Shown here: positions 21,068-30,291 of the stretch, in pieces | Layout: each line of letters opens with the position of its first letter | Numbering within the stretch: the first letter of the stretch is position 1 | Origin: Candidatus Aldehydirespiratoraceae bacterium | GTDB lineage: Bacteria; Actinomycetota; Acidimicrobiia; Acidimicrobiales; Aldehydirespiratoraceae | Assembly (NCBI GenBank): GCA_965261185.1 | Contig: CBDHCN010000002.1 | Span: forward strand, 1,760,813-1,824,812 | Length of the DNA stretch: 64,000 nt | Direction: 5' to 3' | The notes under the pieces: generated by a model | What the model was told of the DNA's origin: nothing | Seen by the model: only the letters and a program-made list of their open reading frames with translations | Databases searched by the model: none | Program-made: the position numbers and the translations under genes

Positions 21068-21091
21068 TAGCTATAGACGCTAGCTATAGAC
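21068..21091. promoter_or_regulatory. Candidate antitoxin operator (direct repeat of palindrome-containing 11-mer)
   Basis: TAGCTATAGAC occurs at 21068-21078 and 21081-21091, 35-55 nt upstream of the Phd/YefM start. Confidence 0.35.
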
Positions 21092-21281
21092 ACTTGATCG
21101 GTTAGTTTGCCAACAACCTCACGCGAACCGATCACTTAGGGGCCACGCGGATTGGTGACACGGGTCTCGGTGGATTTTGTTCCGACCGTGATAGGCGCCG
21201 GCGAAAACGCAGGTCAAGGTGATCGCAGCCGTAACCAGAAGTCTGGACCTTCCGCAGTTCATCGCCTATTCGCTAACGTCC

Positions 21282-21965
21282 TCAGTAGGGGAGGCCGACT
21301 GCTGTGGTCAGGAACTCGGCGTATGGAGAGGCTGTGCGGCAGGCGTCGGCGAACTCGTCGATGAATCCCGGGGCCGTAACCTCCTCCTCGGTGAACGGGA
21401 CAGCGGCGATGTGATCCTTGCGCTTGAGGTCTTCGATGTTGGGATGGTCGGGATCGAACCCCCTGGGAGGCCGCTTCAACGAGTCCCCACCCAACGCGAA
21501 CTCCTCAGCGAATCCGGGAGCCTCCAGCGCATCGCTCCAAGCAGGCGTGTCGGCCACGATCCGCTCGCGGATGCGGGAAACCGCGGCTGAATCCGGTCGC
21601 CAGATGCCGACCCCGGCAAAGACATCGTCGGGTTCTAGGTGGAGGTAGAAACCCGGCGCATGGGCCGACTTGCCGGCCTCGTGACGGAAGTGGACCGCCG
21701 CTTGGGTCTTGTAAGGGGTCTTGTCCTTGGAGAAACGTATGTCGCGATAGATGCGGAACATGGACCCGCCGTTGGCCCGTGTGTCAGCTACGAAGTGCTC
21801 ACTGATCGAGTGCAAGTGCGGCTCGAAATCTGCGATGAACGACAGCAGCGGTTCCTTGACGTCACGTTCGTATCGCGCCTTGTTGTCAGCGAACCAGTCG
21901 CGATCGTTGTTGGCCCGCAACTCAAGCAGGAACTGGAATAGTTCGGAACTGAAGTGGGTCTGCAC
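21282..21965 (-). CDS. DUF2461 (TIGR02453) family protein
   Basis: 227 aa with the family-typical N-terminus FLLELRANNDRDWFADNKARYERDVKEPL and RIYRDIRFSKDKTPYK. Confidence 0.85.
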   Translation of the reverse strand: MQTHFSSELFQFLLELRANNDRDWFADNKARYERDVKEPLLSFIADFEPHLHSISEHFVADTRANGGSMFRIYRDIRFSKDKTPYKTQAAVHFRHEAGKSAHAPGFYLHLEPDDVFAGVGIWRPDSAAVSRIRERIVADTPAWSDALEAPGFAEEFALGGDSLKRPPRGFDPDHPNIEDLKRKDHIAAVPFTEEEVTAPGFIDEFADACRTASPYAEFLTTAVGLPY

Positions 21966-21975
21966 AATTACGGTC

Positions 21976-22293
21976 CTAATTCATAGAGACGGGCGAAGCT
22001 AATTTTAGGGTCTGTCGGGTGCGACGGCCCGGCCCGTATGGCACATCGAAGCCAGCGTGAGCACCGCCGCAGATGACGACGTGTACGACGTGGTGATAGC
22101 TGTGGCGGCGAGCGTTATGAGTGTTGGAGACATTGCAGACGCACTCCAACTCCTGTATGAGCAAGCCGCTGGATCCTAGACATCGGCGATCGCCGACCAG
22201 ATCCTGGAGCCATCTGAGATGCTTGGCATCGGCTGGGCGCACCGTGGCTCCAGCTTTGACTTCAACGGCGATGAGACGTCCATCAAGTTTATT
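21976..22293 (-). pseudogene. Remnant of the C-terminus of a DUF4143-type ATPase gene
   Basis: The minus-strand frame reads NKLDGRLIAVEVKAGATVRPADAKHLRWLQDLVGDRR... This resembles the '..EVDFV..g...aiEVK...v...D.kgL..l.' tail of AAA/DUF4143 proteins. Stops precede it and there is no N-terminal part. Confidence 0.3.
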
Positions 22294-22349
22294 AGTTGTT
22301 TTACCGCTTAGCTAATAGTAATTTTGTCGGAGTTGTGGATTCGGTGGGC

Positions 22350-22718
22350 TCAGCGAATCTGCTTGATAGAGCCGGAAGATCCCCAGTGCCGGTCGGCGGT
22401 CAGCACATCGGCGTCGACACGATCGGCCAGCGCCAGACATAACCGGTCTGCCAGCGACAGCCCTTCGCTTCGGGTCCAGCGACGGGCGGCCCACTCCGCG
22501 TCAGCCCCGACGACGGGTTCGATTCTGAGGCCGTAACTTTGCAGCAACGCGCGCGTCAGATCCCAGTCGCGGCCTGCGCTGAGCACCTTCTGGGCCACCT
22601 CCGACCAGTTCACAGCACCGCACAATGCACCTGCCTCCAAGGCCGTATCCACTTCCGAGGCGCCGTCCTCTCCCTGGAGGAACGCCAGGATGGCCGAGGC
22701 ATCGAGAACCATGCTCAC
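22350..22718 (-). CDS. vapC: Type II toxin, PIN domain (VapC family)
   Basis: 122 aa: MSMVLDASAILAFLQGEDGA... It overlaps the upstream antitoxin gene by 4 nt. Confidence 0.85.
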   Translation of the reverse strand: MSMVLDASAILAFLQGEDGASEVDTALEAGALCGAVNWSEVAQKVLSAGRDWDLTRALLQSYGLRIEPVVGADAEWAARRWTRSEGLSLADRLCLALADRVDADVLTADRHWGSSGSIKQIR

Positions 22719-22936
22719 GCCTGGTCCTCCCGTTCCGATGCACGCCTACGGTCGGCCAGAAGTTCACCGACAAGATCAAGGCCCTTCAACTCTCCCCGCA
22801 CACGTTCGAGCAGCTGCTTCCGGGTCATCAGCACCAGCCCCCCCGAGGTGGGCAGCATCACCAGCGGTGTCCCCTCAGCCAGATGCTCGCTCTCGCGGAC
22901 CTCCGCCGGAACGACGATTCGTCCACGATCTCCCAC
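22715..22936 (-). CDS. vapB: Type II antitoxin, AbrB/MazE/SpoVT-domain (VapB-like)
   Basis: 73 aa with the looped-hinge-helix motif GRIVVPAEVRESEHLAEGTPL. An AT-rich promoter patch lies immediately upstream (22937-23040). Confidence 0.8.
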   Translation of the reverse strand: MGDRGRIVVPAEVRESEHLAEGTPLVMLPTSGGLVLMTRKQLLERVRGELKGLDLVGELLADRRRASEREDQA

Positions 22937-23113
22937 TACGACAGTATATATCCCATCTACATATCAAATGTACCACATAATATCACTGAGTACCATCAAG
23001 CATCACACTGTGCCACTCTCTAATAATGTTTCCCACCCGACCGTAGCAACTTTGCCGATCGGGAAGCGCCTGAGCTGATTCTCAGCCGAGACAGCGGGAG
23101 ACACTGCTGCGGT

Positions 23114-24172
23114 TCAGCCGTAGTGACGGGCGACATTTTCGGGGTAGCTGCGGGAGAAATAGTTCCAGAGTTGCTCGCCGTAGGTGGAGGGGCGGTAGCT
23201 GCTGGCTATGTCGCCGACGCCAGCCTCAGTCTCCTCCTTGCGGGCCATGAACCCAGCGCTGGTGTGGTGTGGACTGGCCGCCACCGCCGCGGCGAACCGG
23301 TCATCAAGAGGCAGCGGGGCCAGCGAAGCATCCAGTGACGGGCCATGGAAATAGCCAGCCGAGTAGCGTTCGCAGGTGGTGATCACCCGGTGAGCGGTCG
23401 CCACCAGATAATTGCCGGTCATGGCCTGGAGCATCTCTCCGAGGTTGATGACGAACGACCCCTCCACGCAGGGAACGTCTATCCACTCGCCAGCTTGGTT
23501 CTGTACCTGAAGGCCAGCGGTCTGGCCCGGCGCAAGCACAGTCAAGAACCCGGTGTCGTGGTGTGCGTTGACCCCGGCAGCACCATCAGGGGTAGGCGGA
23601 TAGTGAATGAACTTCGACAGCGACATCGGGCGATCCCCGAAATAGCGCTTCATGTGGTCATCGGGCAACCCCAGGCCCGACGACAACGCGCTGAGCAGCC
23701 GGTCAGACAAACCACCCAACTCGTCGAACCATTGGTTGGCAAGCTCCCGCTGCCCGGCCAGAACCTCCTCGGGCAGCCACTGGTTGGGTCCCAGCAGACG
23801 CAAGTAGTTGGGTTCGGTGCCTTTGGGATGGGCCGGCCACTCGGTCCACCAGTCGATCTGTTCGCGGATATCGGGGCGGTTGTTGGTGTACTCGGCCCCC
23901 ACCGGCTCCCAACCCCGGAAGTGACGTGAACTTCTCTTGTCGATCAGCGTTTTCTGGTCGTCGGGCAGCGCAAAAAAACGGCGCATCATATCGAACACGT
24001 CATCACAGAGCCCGTCGCTCACCCCGTGGTTCACAACCAGGAAAAAGCCGACCTCATGACAGATCCGGCAAAGTTCCTCCGCCAACTCTTGACGCGCCTC
24101 CAAAGACGCCGAAGGTTCCGACAACGGCCCCAGATCCACCACCGGAATCTGATCAAACAGCGCTTCGGCCAT
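23114..24172 (-). CDS. 2-oxoglutarate/Fe(II)-dependent oxygenase (isopenicillin N synthase family)
   Basis: 352 aa with an N-terminal DIOX_N-like segment (IPVVDLGPL...FFLVVNHGV) and an HxD...H facial triad region (GVNAHHDTGFLTVL ... ATAHRV). Confidence 0.88.
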   Translation of the reverse strand: MAEALFDQIPVVDLGPLSEPSASLEARQELAEELCRICHEVGFFLVVNHGVSDGLCDDVFDMMRRFFALPDDQKTLIDKRSSRHFRGWEPVGAEYTNNRPDIREQIDWWTEWPAHPKGTEPNYLRLLGPNQWLPEEVLAGQRELANQWFDELGGLSDRLLSALSSGLGLPDDHMKRYFGDRPMSLSKFIHYPPTPDGAAGVNAHHDTGFLTVLAPGQTAGLQVQNQAGEWIDVPCVEGSFVINLGEMLQAMTGNYLVATAHRVITTCERYSAGYFHGPSLDASLAPLPLDDRFAAAVAASPHHTSAGFMARKEETEAGVGDIASSYRPSTYGEQLWNYFSRSYPENVARHYG

Positions 24173-24223
24173 GCCCCCAGCCTACGGTCTCGGACTCCGC
24201 TCAGCCAGAGCACTAGAACTGGA

Positions 24224-25363
24224 CTAGTCAAAGACGATTACACCGCGGATGTTCTTGTCGTCTCGCATGTCTTGGTAACCCTCGTTGATCTCATCGAGCG
24301 AGTAGGTCTGGGTGACCAACTCATCGAGTTTGAGCTGACCGGCCTGGTACATACCCAGCAGATGGGGCACTGCCCGGCGGGGACTGTCGGAACCGTAGAT
24401 CGTGCCCCTCAGTTGCTTGTTCATCATGGCGAACTCAAACAGGTTCAGCTGCACATCCATCTGCGTCATCGGGGCCAGACCTGTGACCACAATGGTGCCG
24501 CCTTTGCGTGCCAGAAACTGGGCTGGCGCCACCATATCTCCGGTGACCACACCTGGTGACAGAATCACGCTGTCGGCCATCACCCCATGGGTCAGGCCCC
24601 CGACCAACTCCATCGCTTCTTCCATCGACGCGGATGTGTGGGTCGCTCCGAACTCAGACGCTTTCTCCCTTTTGAACTCCGCCGGGTCGACCGCAACGAT
24701 GGTCTTTGCACCCGCAGCCTTCGCGCCTTGCAGGGCGTTGGAACCGATGCCGCCGCAACCGACCACCACGACAGTGTCGCCCGCCGAAACCTCAGCACGG
24801 TTGACGGCCGATCCGTAACCGGTAGCTACGCCGCAGCTAACCAGCGCCGCGGCGATCAACGGTACGTCCTTGTCGACTTTGATCGCCGAGTCTTCGCTGA
24901 GCAGCATGTGCTCGGCGAACGTACCCAGTTTGGCCATTGCGGAGAGAGGTTCACCGTCGGGGCCGATGTGGGCGTCTCGCCCGTCGGTGATCATGCCCCG
25001 GCCGAGTGTGCCTGCTCCGAGGTCGCACAGGTTTTGCTGGCCCGAAGCGCACCAACGGCACTTGCCACAAGCCGGCACGAACGACACCGCAACGTGATCG
25101 CCCACCTCCAAACTGGTGACTTCGGGGCCTACTTCGATCACCACACCGGATCCTTCATGTCCGCCGATTACAGGCAGCAAAGAGGAGCCGCCTGGGGCAT
25201 CGGCTGAGCCGAGATCACCGGTGACCATGTGTTCGTCGGAGTGGCACAGGCCAGCAGCGTGGGTCTTGACCAAAACCTCGCCTCGCTGAGGATCGTCGAG
25301 ATCCACATCTTTAACTAGCCATGGCTGGTGGGCTCCGTACAGCACCGCTGCGCGAGTCTTCAT
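24224..25363 (-). CDS. Zn-dependent alcohol dehydrogenase, NDMA-dependent/MFT-associated type (paralog 2)
   Basis: 379 aa with GLCHSDEH, CGKCRWCASGQQNLC and VVVGCGGIGS. It aligns along its whole length with the ADH at 19116-20228. Confidence 0.88.
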   Translation of the reverse strand: MKTRAAVLYGAHQPWLVKDVDLDDPQRGEVLVKTHAAGLCHSDEHMVTGDLGSADAPGGSSLLPVIGGHEGSGVVIEVGPEVTSLEVGDHVAVSFVPACGKCRWCASGQQNLCDLGAGTLGRGMITDGRDAHIGPDGEPLSAMAKLGTFAEHMLLSEDSAIKVDKDVPLIAAALVSCGVATGYGSAVNRAEVSAGDTVVVVGCGGIGSNALQGAKAAGAKTIVAVDPAEFKREKASEFGATHTSASMEEAMELVGGLTHGVMADSVILSPGVVTGDMVAPAQFLARKGGTIVVTGLAPMTQMDVQLNLFEFAMMNKQLRGTIYGSDSPRRAVPHLLGMYQAGQLKLDELVTQTYSLDEINEGYQDMRDDKNIRGVIVFD

Positions 25364-25450
25364 CGTTGTTTCTCCAACCTTGTTCGGACCAAGTGAATTG
25401 CGCGCACAGTAGTAAGAGCCAACATCACAGGCGAATTCCGCCCTTGCCCG

Positions 25451-25561
25451 CGCAAGTGTGGTACCCGCAAGTGTGGTGCCCGTGTGCGCGGAGGCCTGGC
25501 GAGAGCACGCCGTATGTTTCGTCGATAGATGGGTGGTGCCCGTGTGCGTGGAGGCCTGGCG
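25451..25561. repeat. Intergenic direct repeats: a 15-bp tandem pair plus two 29-bp repeats with a 60-bp period
   Basis: CGCAAGTGTGGT(A/G)CC occurs at 25451 and 25466. GTGGTGCCCGTGTGCG(C/T)GGAGGCCTGGCG occurs at 25473-25501 and 25533-25561. Confidence 0.8.
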
Positions 25562-25571
25562 CCGACCCAGC

Positions 25572-26363
25572 TCAGATGGTGTTGGTCATGCCGCCGTCGA
25601 CTGGCACGACGGTGCCGGTGATGGCGCTGGCGCCTTCTGAGCAGAGCCAACAGATGGCATCGGCCACTTCGGCCGGTTCGACGAGTCTTGCGAGGGGTCG
25701 TTGATGGGCCGCGAACTCGTTGATGTCAGTATCGAATGCAGCGGCTGACGCTTCCAGAATGGCGGTGCGGGTCGAACCCGGTGCCACCGCATTGGAGGTA
25801 ACCCCTGTACCGGCCAAATCAACAGCTAGTGCTTTCACCAAACCGATGACCCCGTGTTTGGCAGCGACGTAGGGCGCCATCTTCGAAAGCCCGATAGTGC
25901 CCGCCGACGAGGACACCGCCACGAAGCGACCTCGTCGGGGTTCGGCTGAAGCCAATATCCGTGGGATCGTTGCACGTGCTGTCTGAAAAACCCCGGTCAG
26001 GTCGATATCGGTGATCGTGTTCCACTCGGCGTCGCTGACCTCCCAGAGTGGCGAACGGGCCTTGAACACGCCGGCTACCGCAACCGCGGCATCAAGACGA
26101 CCGAAGTGCTTGACCGCTGCTTCTGCCGCGTCATGTAGCTCGACTTGATTCCGCACGTCTGTCTGCATTGTCAGAACATGGTCGCCACCGGCGGTTCCAA
26201 CCGCAGCAAGTTCGTCTGGGGTCGCGAGCGAATACTCGATATTCGGGACATCACCACAGATATCGACAGCGACCACAGACCAGCCGTCTGCAACTAGCTG
26301 TGTGACGGTTGCAGCGCCGATACCTCGGGCGGCTCCAGTAACAAGGGCGACAGGTCGATTCAT
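25572..26363 (-). CDS. Mycofactocin-coupled SDR family oxidoreductase
   Basis: 263 aa with TGAARGIGAAT, the insertion typical of the MFT-coupled SDR subfamily (VDICGDVPNIEYSLATPDEL) and a YVAAKHG catalytic motif. It is adjacent to mftE. Confidence 0.85.
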   Translation of the reverse strand: MNRPVALVTGAARGIGAATVTQLVADGWSVVAVDICGDVPNIEYSLATPDELAAVGTAGGDHVLTMQTDVRNQVELHDAAEAAVKHFGRLDAAVAVAGVFKARSPLWEVSDAEWNTITDIDLTGVFQTARATIPRILASAEPRRGRFVAVSSSAGTIGLSKMAPYVAAKHGVIGLVKALAVDLAGTGVTSNAVAPGSTRTAILEASAAAFDTDINEFAAHQRPLARLVEPAEVADAICWLCSEGASAITGTVVPVDGGMTNTI

Positions 26364-26421
26364 GGCAACTTGTCTAGCTTGTCCAGCGCCGATTGCCAGA
26401 AAGTTCGGTGCAGGTTGTTGG

Positions 26422-27105
26422 CTAGGCGTTCGTTAACTGGTTGACGGCGTCGTCGATCAAAGCGGCAAGGAGCCTGGTTCCCTCGGCTGCATTGGCGCCG
26501 CTGGGATCGCCGAGAACACCATTGGCCGATACCTCGCGAACACCAGCCTCGAATATCTTGGGGAGCAGTTCGTCGAGTGGTTCCAACGCTCCAGGTTCGG
26601 CCTGGTCGAGCTGAACAAGGTCCTCGGCGATTGCCAACATCAGCGACGTCTCGGTCCGTCCGGCATGTGCATCGGCGCCGGGGAGTCTTACCGACCACAC
26701 TTCGAACGCTCGTCCTCGCGCCTTGCACACTTCGGTCGCGGCGCGAAGCGCGTAGGCGTTCCCGCCGTGAGCGTTGATCGCCACGATGCGTCCGAATTCG
26801 GGGCCGGCTTTTCCGACGATCTCGATGAGCATCTCCGACAACACTCGGGTACCGACTGAAAGCGTGCCCGCAAAGCCTCGGTGCTCATCGGAGGCGGTGA
26901 TGCTGATAGCCGGCGCGACCCGGACCGATTCGAGACGATGGGCTACCCCTGCCGCTACTGCCTGTGCGATCCGCGTGTCCGTGTCGAGAGGAAGGTGCGG
27001 TCCGTGTTGTTCGGTGGAACCTAGAGGAAGCAACAAGGTCAACGCTTTCGCCTCCGATGATGCAGCGGCTACGTCTGGAGATGTGCATGAGCCGAGTAGG
27101 GCCAT
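26422..27105 (-). CDS. mftE: Mycofactocin precursor peptide peptidase (creatininase family)
   Basis: 227 aa with LLPLGSTEQHGPHLPLDTDTRIA and NAHGGN motifs of the creatininase fold. It follows mftD after a 23-nt gap. Confidence 0.85.
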   Translation of the reverse strand: MALLGSCTSPDVAAASSEAKALTLLLPLGSTEQHGPHLPLDTDTRIAQAVAAGVAHRLESVRVAPAISITASDEHRGFAGTLSVGTRVLSEMLIEIVGKAGPEFGRIVAINAHGGNAYALRAATEVCKARGRAFEVWSVRLPGADAHAGRTETSLMLAIAEDLVQLDQAEPGALEPLDELLPKIFEAGVREVSANGVLGDPSGANAAEGTRLLAALIDDAVNQLTNA

Positions 27106-27128
27106 GTTCGAAGCGTAGCTGTGAGGGC

Positions 27129-28460
27129 TCAGCCCAACGCGGGAGGGGAGAAGTCTCTTGGCACGACAACGTCATCGGGTGTCAGGTCGGTGATTGAGTT
27201 CTTGCCTATGCCGCGCAGCGTCGCCTTGATTCCAGCGTTGAGAATGTCGAGCACGTTCTCCACGCCGGCCGCGCCGTTGGCTGCCAAGCCCCACAAGTAC
27301 GCCCTGCCGATCAGCACCGCATCGGCGCCGAGGGCACATGCCTTGACCACATCGCTACCCCGACGGATACCGCCGTCAAGCAGGATCTCTATATCGCCGC
27401 TGACCGCCTCGGCGATCTCTTTGAGCACTCGAATCGAGGCGGGGGCGCTGTCGACATTGTTGCCTCCGTGGTTCGACACCGAGATTGTTGTGGCTCCGGC
27501 ATCGACTGCGCGACGGGCTTCGTCGGCTCTAGCAATCCCTTTGACCATGAACGGGCCGTCCCACTGCGAGCGCAACCAGGCGATGTCTTCCCAAGTCGGT
27601 GGTGGTGTCGTCATCCAGGTGCCGTATGCCTCGAAGAACAGCGGCGCTTGCTCGTCGACACCGGCAAAGTTGGGGACCCGGAGACGAGGAATTGTGCCCT
27701 CACGCAACCACGACCAGCACCATGCCGGTTTGGCCAAGACCTCAAGCGCATGCGGCATTATTTCTTTAGGGGTGAACGATTGCGGAATGTGGGGGCTTCC
27801 CCAGTCGCGGCCATGGGAGAATGACCAGTCGAGGGTGAGGATCAAACCGACTGCTCCGGCAGCCTTGGCGCGGTCCATGCGGGCGAGCATGAAGTCACGG
27901 TCTCCCGCCCAGTAGATCTGAAAGAAGGTTTGCGGGTTGGCGGCCACCACTTCTTCGATTGGTTTGCCTCCGAAGGAACTGAGTCCTATTGGAATCCCCC
28001 GGTTCGCTGCCGCTTGAGCGACCGCCACTTCGCCTTGTGGATGAACGGCTTGCACGCCAGTGGGGGAGATCATCACCGGCATCGCCGAAGGCTGGCCCAT
28101 GATATTGACGGTGATCTCGGGGTCGGCTGCTTGTCCCGCGGCCACGGGCCGAAATCCCAGTTCGTCGAACGCAGCGGTGTTGTCGCGCATTGACAGGCCA
28201 GCCTCGGCACCTGCTACCAGGGCACCGTAAACCGACTTGGGGATGCGCTTGCGGGCACGTTGCTCGGCGATGGCGACGGTCTCAAACCACTTGTTACTCA
28301 CGATTTGTGACCGTACCGCCCACTGGCCACACTGCATCAGCCGGCCCGAGAGTGCCGCTATCGGTGATTCTCGAGCGCCCCAACCGAAATCTGCGCGTTT
28401 AACCACAATAGATGTAGCTGAACGCGCAGATTTCGGATCGACGATCCTGGCGGGCTTCAA
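27129..28460 (-). CDS. mftD: Pre-mycofactocin synthase (FMN-dependent alpha-hydroxy-acid dehydrogenase family)
   Basis: The conserved core starts at WFETVAIAEQRARKRIPKSVYGAL, and SVSNHGGNN and DGGIRRGSD motifs are present. The track start at 28460 abuts the mftC stop. The true start may be the internal ATG at 28337 or the GTG at 28301. Confidence 0.88.
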   Translation of the reverse strand: MKPARIVDPKSARSATSIVVKRADFGWGARESPIAALSGRLMQCGQWAVRSQIVSNKWFETVAIAEQRARKRIPKSVYGALVAGAEAGLSMRDNTAAFDELGFRPVAAGQAADPEITVNIMGQPSAMPVMISPTGVQAVHPQGEVAVAQAAANRGIPIGLSSFGGKPIEEVVAANPQTFFQIYWAGDRDFMLARMDRAKAAGAVGLILTLDWSFSHGRDWGSPHIPQSFTPKEIMPHALEVLAKPAWCWSWLREGTIPRLRVPNFAGVDEQAPLFFEAYGTWMTTPPPTWEDIAWLRSQWDGPFMVKGIARADEARRAVDAGATTISVSNHGGNNVDSAPASIRVLKEIAEAVSGDIEILLDGGIRRGSDVVKACALGADAVLIGRAYLWGLAANGAAGVENVLDILNAGIKATLRGIGKNSITDLTPDDVVVPRDFSPPALG

Positions 28461-29666
28461 TCAATCCCGGGTAGCGCGGTGATTGCGCTGCAAGAACTTG
28501 ACGGGGGACGGGTGGGAATGATCGAGAGCGGGCGAGGGGCGGGCTGCGTTGGCGGCGTTGACGAGTGGTTCACCGTGGCCCAAGACGCACTCGGGGTCGG
28601 GTCCATCGAGGGGGATGCCGGTAAAGAACTTGGCTGCCATGCAGCCTCCCTGGCAGGCATCGAAATGGCCACACGAGGCGCAAGCCCCGGCCGATTGCGG
28701 TTCACGAAGCTCGGCGAAGAGTTCGCTGTGTTGCCACACTCGTGCGAAGCCACCTTGATCGCGGACACTGCCCGCCCGGAACTCGTCGTGAAGCACGAAA
28801 GGACAGGCGTAGACATCGCCGATCGGGTCGATCAGGCAGACCACCCGACCAGCCCCGCAAAGGTTCAGACCCGGTAACGGCTCACCGAGGGCAGACAGAT
28901 GAAAGAAAGAGTCGCCGGTGAGCACCTCGGGCCGGTCCAGCAGCCATCGGTACAACTGGCGTTGTTGAGTATCGGTGGGATGAAGTTCATGCCAGCTATC
29001 GGCGCCCCGCCCAGAAGGACGAAAGCGGGTAAGCCGCAACTCGGCATCGAACCTGGCGGCCATTGCTTCGAACCGGTCAACCTGGCCGATGTTGTGACGG
29101 GTCATAACCACCGAGATTTTGAAGCCGCTGAACCCGGCATCGTGCAGGTGTTTCATGGCCTGTTGAGCCACCTCAAAGGAACCTTCGCCGCGCACCGCAT
29201 CGTTGGTTGCCGCGTCTGCGCCGTCGATCGAGATCTGAACATCTACGTAGTCCATGGAGGCGAGTTTGCGGGCAACGGCGGCATCGATTCGGGAGCCGTT
29301 CGTTGAGAACTTCACGCCGACTCCGTGACCTGTGGCGTAGTCGACGAGATGCCAGAAGTCGCCGCGGATGGTTGGTTCGCCTCCGCCGATGTTGATGTAG
29401 AAGACCTGCATCCGCTGAAGTTCGTCGATTACGGCTTCGGCTTCTTTGGTGGTGAGTTCGCGAGGGTCGCGCCTGCCCGACGAACTTAGGCAGTGAATGC
29501 ACTGCAGGTTGCAGGCATACGTCAACTCCCAGGTCAAGCAGATTGGGGCATCGAGTCCCGCCTTCATTTGGTCGGCGAGGCCGCTGCGTTTAACCGGTGA
29601 CAACTCCAGATTGCTCGGTGCTGTCGTAGCGGCGAACGCAAGCGGCGAGATAGCAGTGGCGGTCAT
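28461..29666 (-). CDS. mftC: Mycofactocin radical SAM maturase
   Basis: Has the CxxxCxxC motif (YACNLQCIHC) and a C-terminal SPASM Cys cluster (CGAGRVVC..., CASCGHFDACQGGC). I chose the start at ATG 29666, which forms an ATGA overlap with the mftB stop. Confidence 0.92.
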   Translation of the reverse strand: MTATAISPLAFAATTAPSNLELSPVKRSGLADQMKAGLDAPICLTWELTYACNLQCIHCLSSSGRRDPRELTTKEAEAVIDELQRMQVFYINIGGGEPTIRGDFWHLVDYATGHGVGVKFSTNGSRIDAAVARKLASMDYVDVQISIDGADAATNDAVRGEGSFEVAQQAMKHLHDAGFSGFKISVVMTRHNIGQVDRFEAMAARFDAELRLTRFRPSGRGADSWHELHPTDTQQRQLYRWLLDRPEVLTGDSFFHLSALGEPLPGLNLCGAGRVVCLIDPIGDVYACPFVLHDEFRAGSVRDQGGFARVWQHSELFAELREPQSAGACASCGHFDACQGGCMAAKFFTGIPLDGPDPECVLGHGEPLVNAANAARPSPALDHSHPSPVKFLQRNHRATRD

Positions 29667-29956
29667 ATTGCGACCAAAAAATCGGAGGCGGCAAGCGATG
29701 CCAGGGCCTTCTCGAATGACGGCCAACGACGATCTTCGAGACCCGCTGAGGCGAAGGCCTCACGTACGCTTTCATGCTCGCCAAGGCTCGATACGAGCGT
29801 CACAAGCTCGGGCGCCCTCAGGAAATTCAGGCGTCGGTTGCCGTAGTGGTAGGCGAGCGCACCGAACGGTTCTGGCCGTAGAGCCACGCGTTCATGCAGG
29901 CGGTAGCGACGATTCGCGTCAAACTCGGTGGCTGACTCCATGGTGTTCAACTCCAC
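29663..29956 (-). CDS. mftB: Mycofactocin biosynthesis chaperone (RRE-type peptide-binding protein)
   Basis: 97 aa with the family-typical YRLHERVALRPEPFGALAYHYGNRRLNFL. It lies between mftA and mftC. Confidence 0.85.
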   Translation of the reverse strand: MELNTMESATEFDANRRYRLHERVALRPEPFGALAYHYGNRRLNFLRAPELVTLVSSLGEHESVREAFASAGLEDRRWPSFEKALASLAASDFLVAI

Positions 29957-29960
29957 GGGA

Positions 29961-30086
29961 TCAGTAGACCCCGCACATTCCGTCTATGGAAATTTCTTCA
30001 ACCAGCAGTTCCTCCTCGACGAGTTCAGTGGTGGGGATGACTTCGTCTTGAGTGTCCGCTAGTGCGGTTTTGTTGATGGGCTTCAC
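29961..30086 (-). CDS. mftA: Mycofactocin precursor peptide
   Basis: 41 codons from GTG 30086 (AAGGAG lies 7 nt upstream): VKPINKTALADTQDEVIPTTELVEEELLVEEISIDGMCGVY. The C-terminal IDGMCGVY is the MftA signature. The track ORF (to 30155) is an upstream extension without an RBS. Confidence 0.88.
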   Translation of the reverse strand: MKPINKTALADTQDEVIPTTELVEEELLVEEISIDGMCGVY

Positions 30087-30291
30087 GTGGGACTCCTTGG
30101 TTCTGGAAGTGAACTGACAACGAGCGGGGCTTCGGGAGACCCACTCACGGTGCAATGTTCACCATTATCACTCTAGGGGTTGCTTCTCGATGCTTCCATC
30201 GGCGAGTTGTTGCCCTACGTTTGGACGGTCAAGGGAATGGTCGCAGCACTGATCGGCCCAGGCACGGATCGGCACAGCACGGGGAGGCATT

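Noticed and set aside
28461-29726. 421-aa version of mftC
   Set aside because: The extension overlaps mftB by 64 nt. ATG 29666 gives the usual ATGA stop-start coupling.
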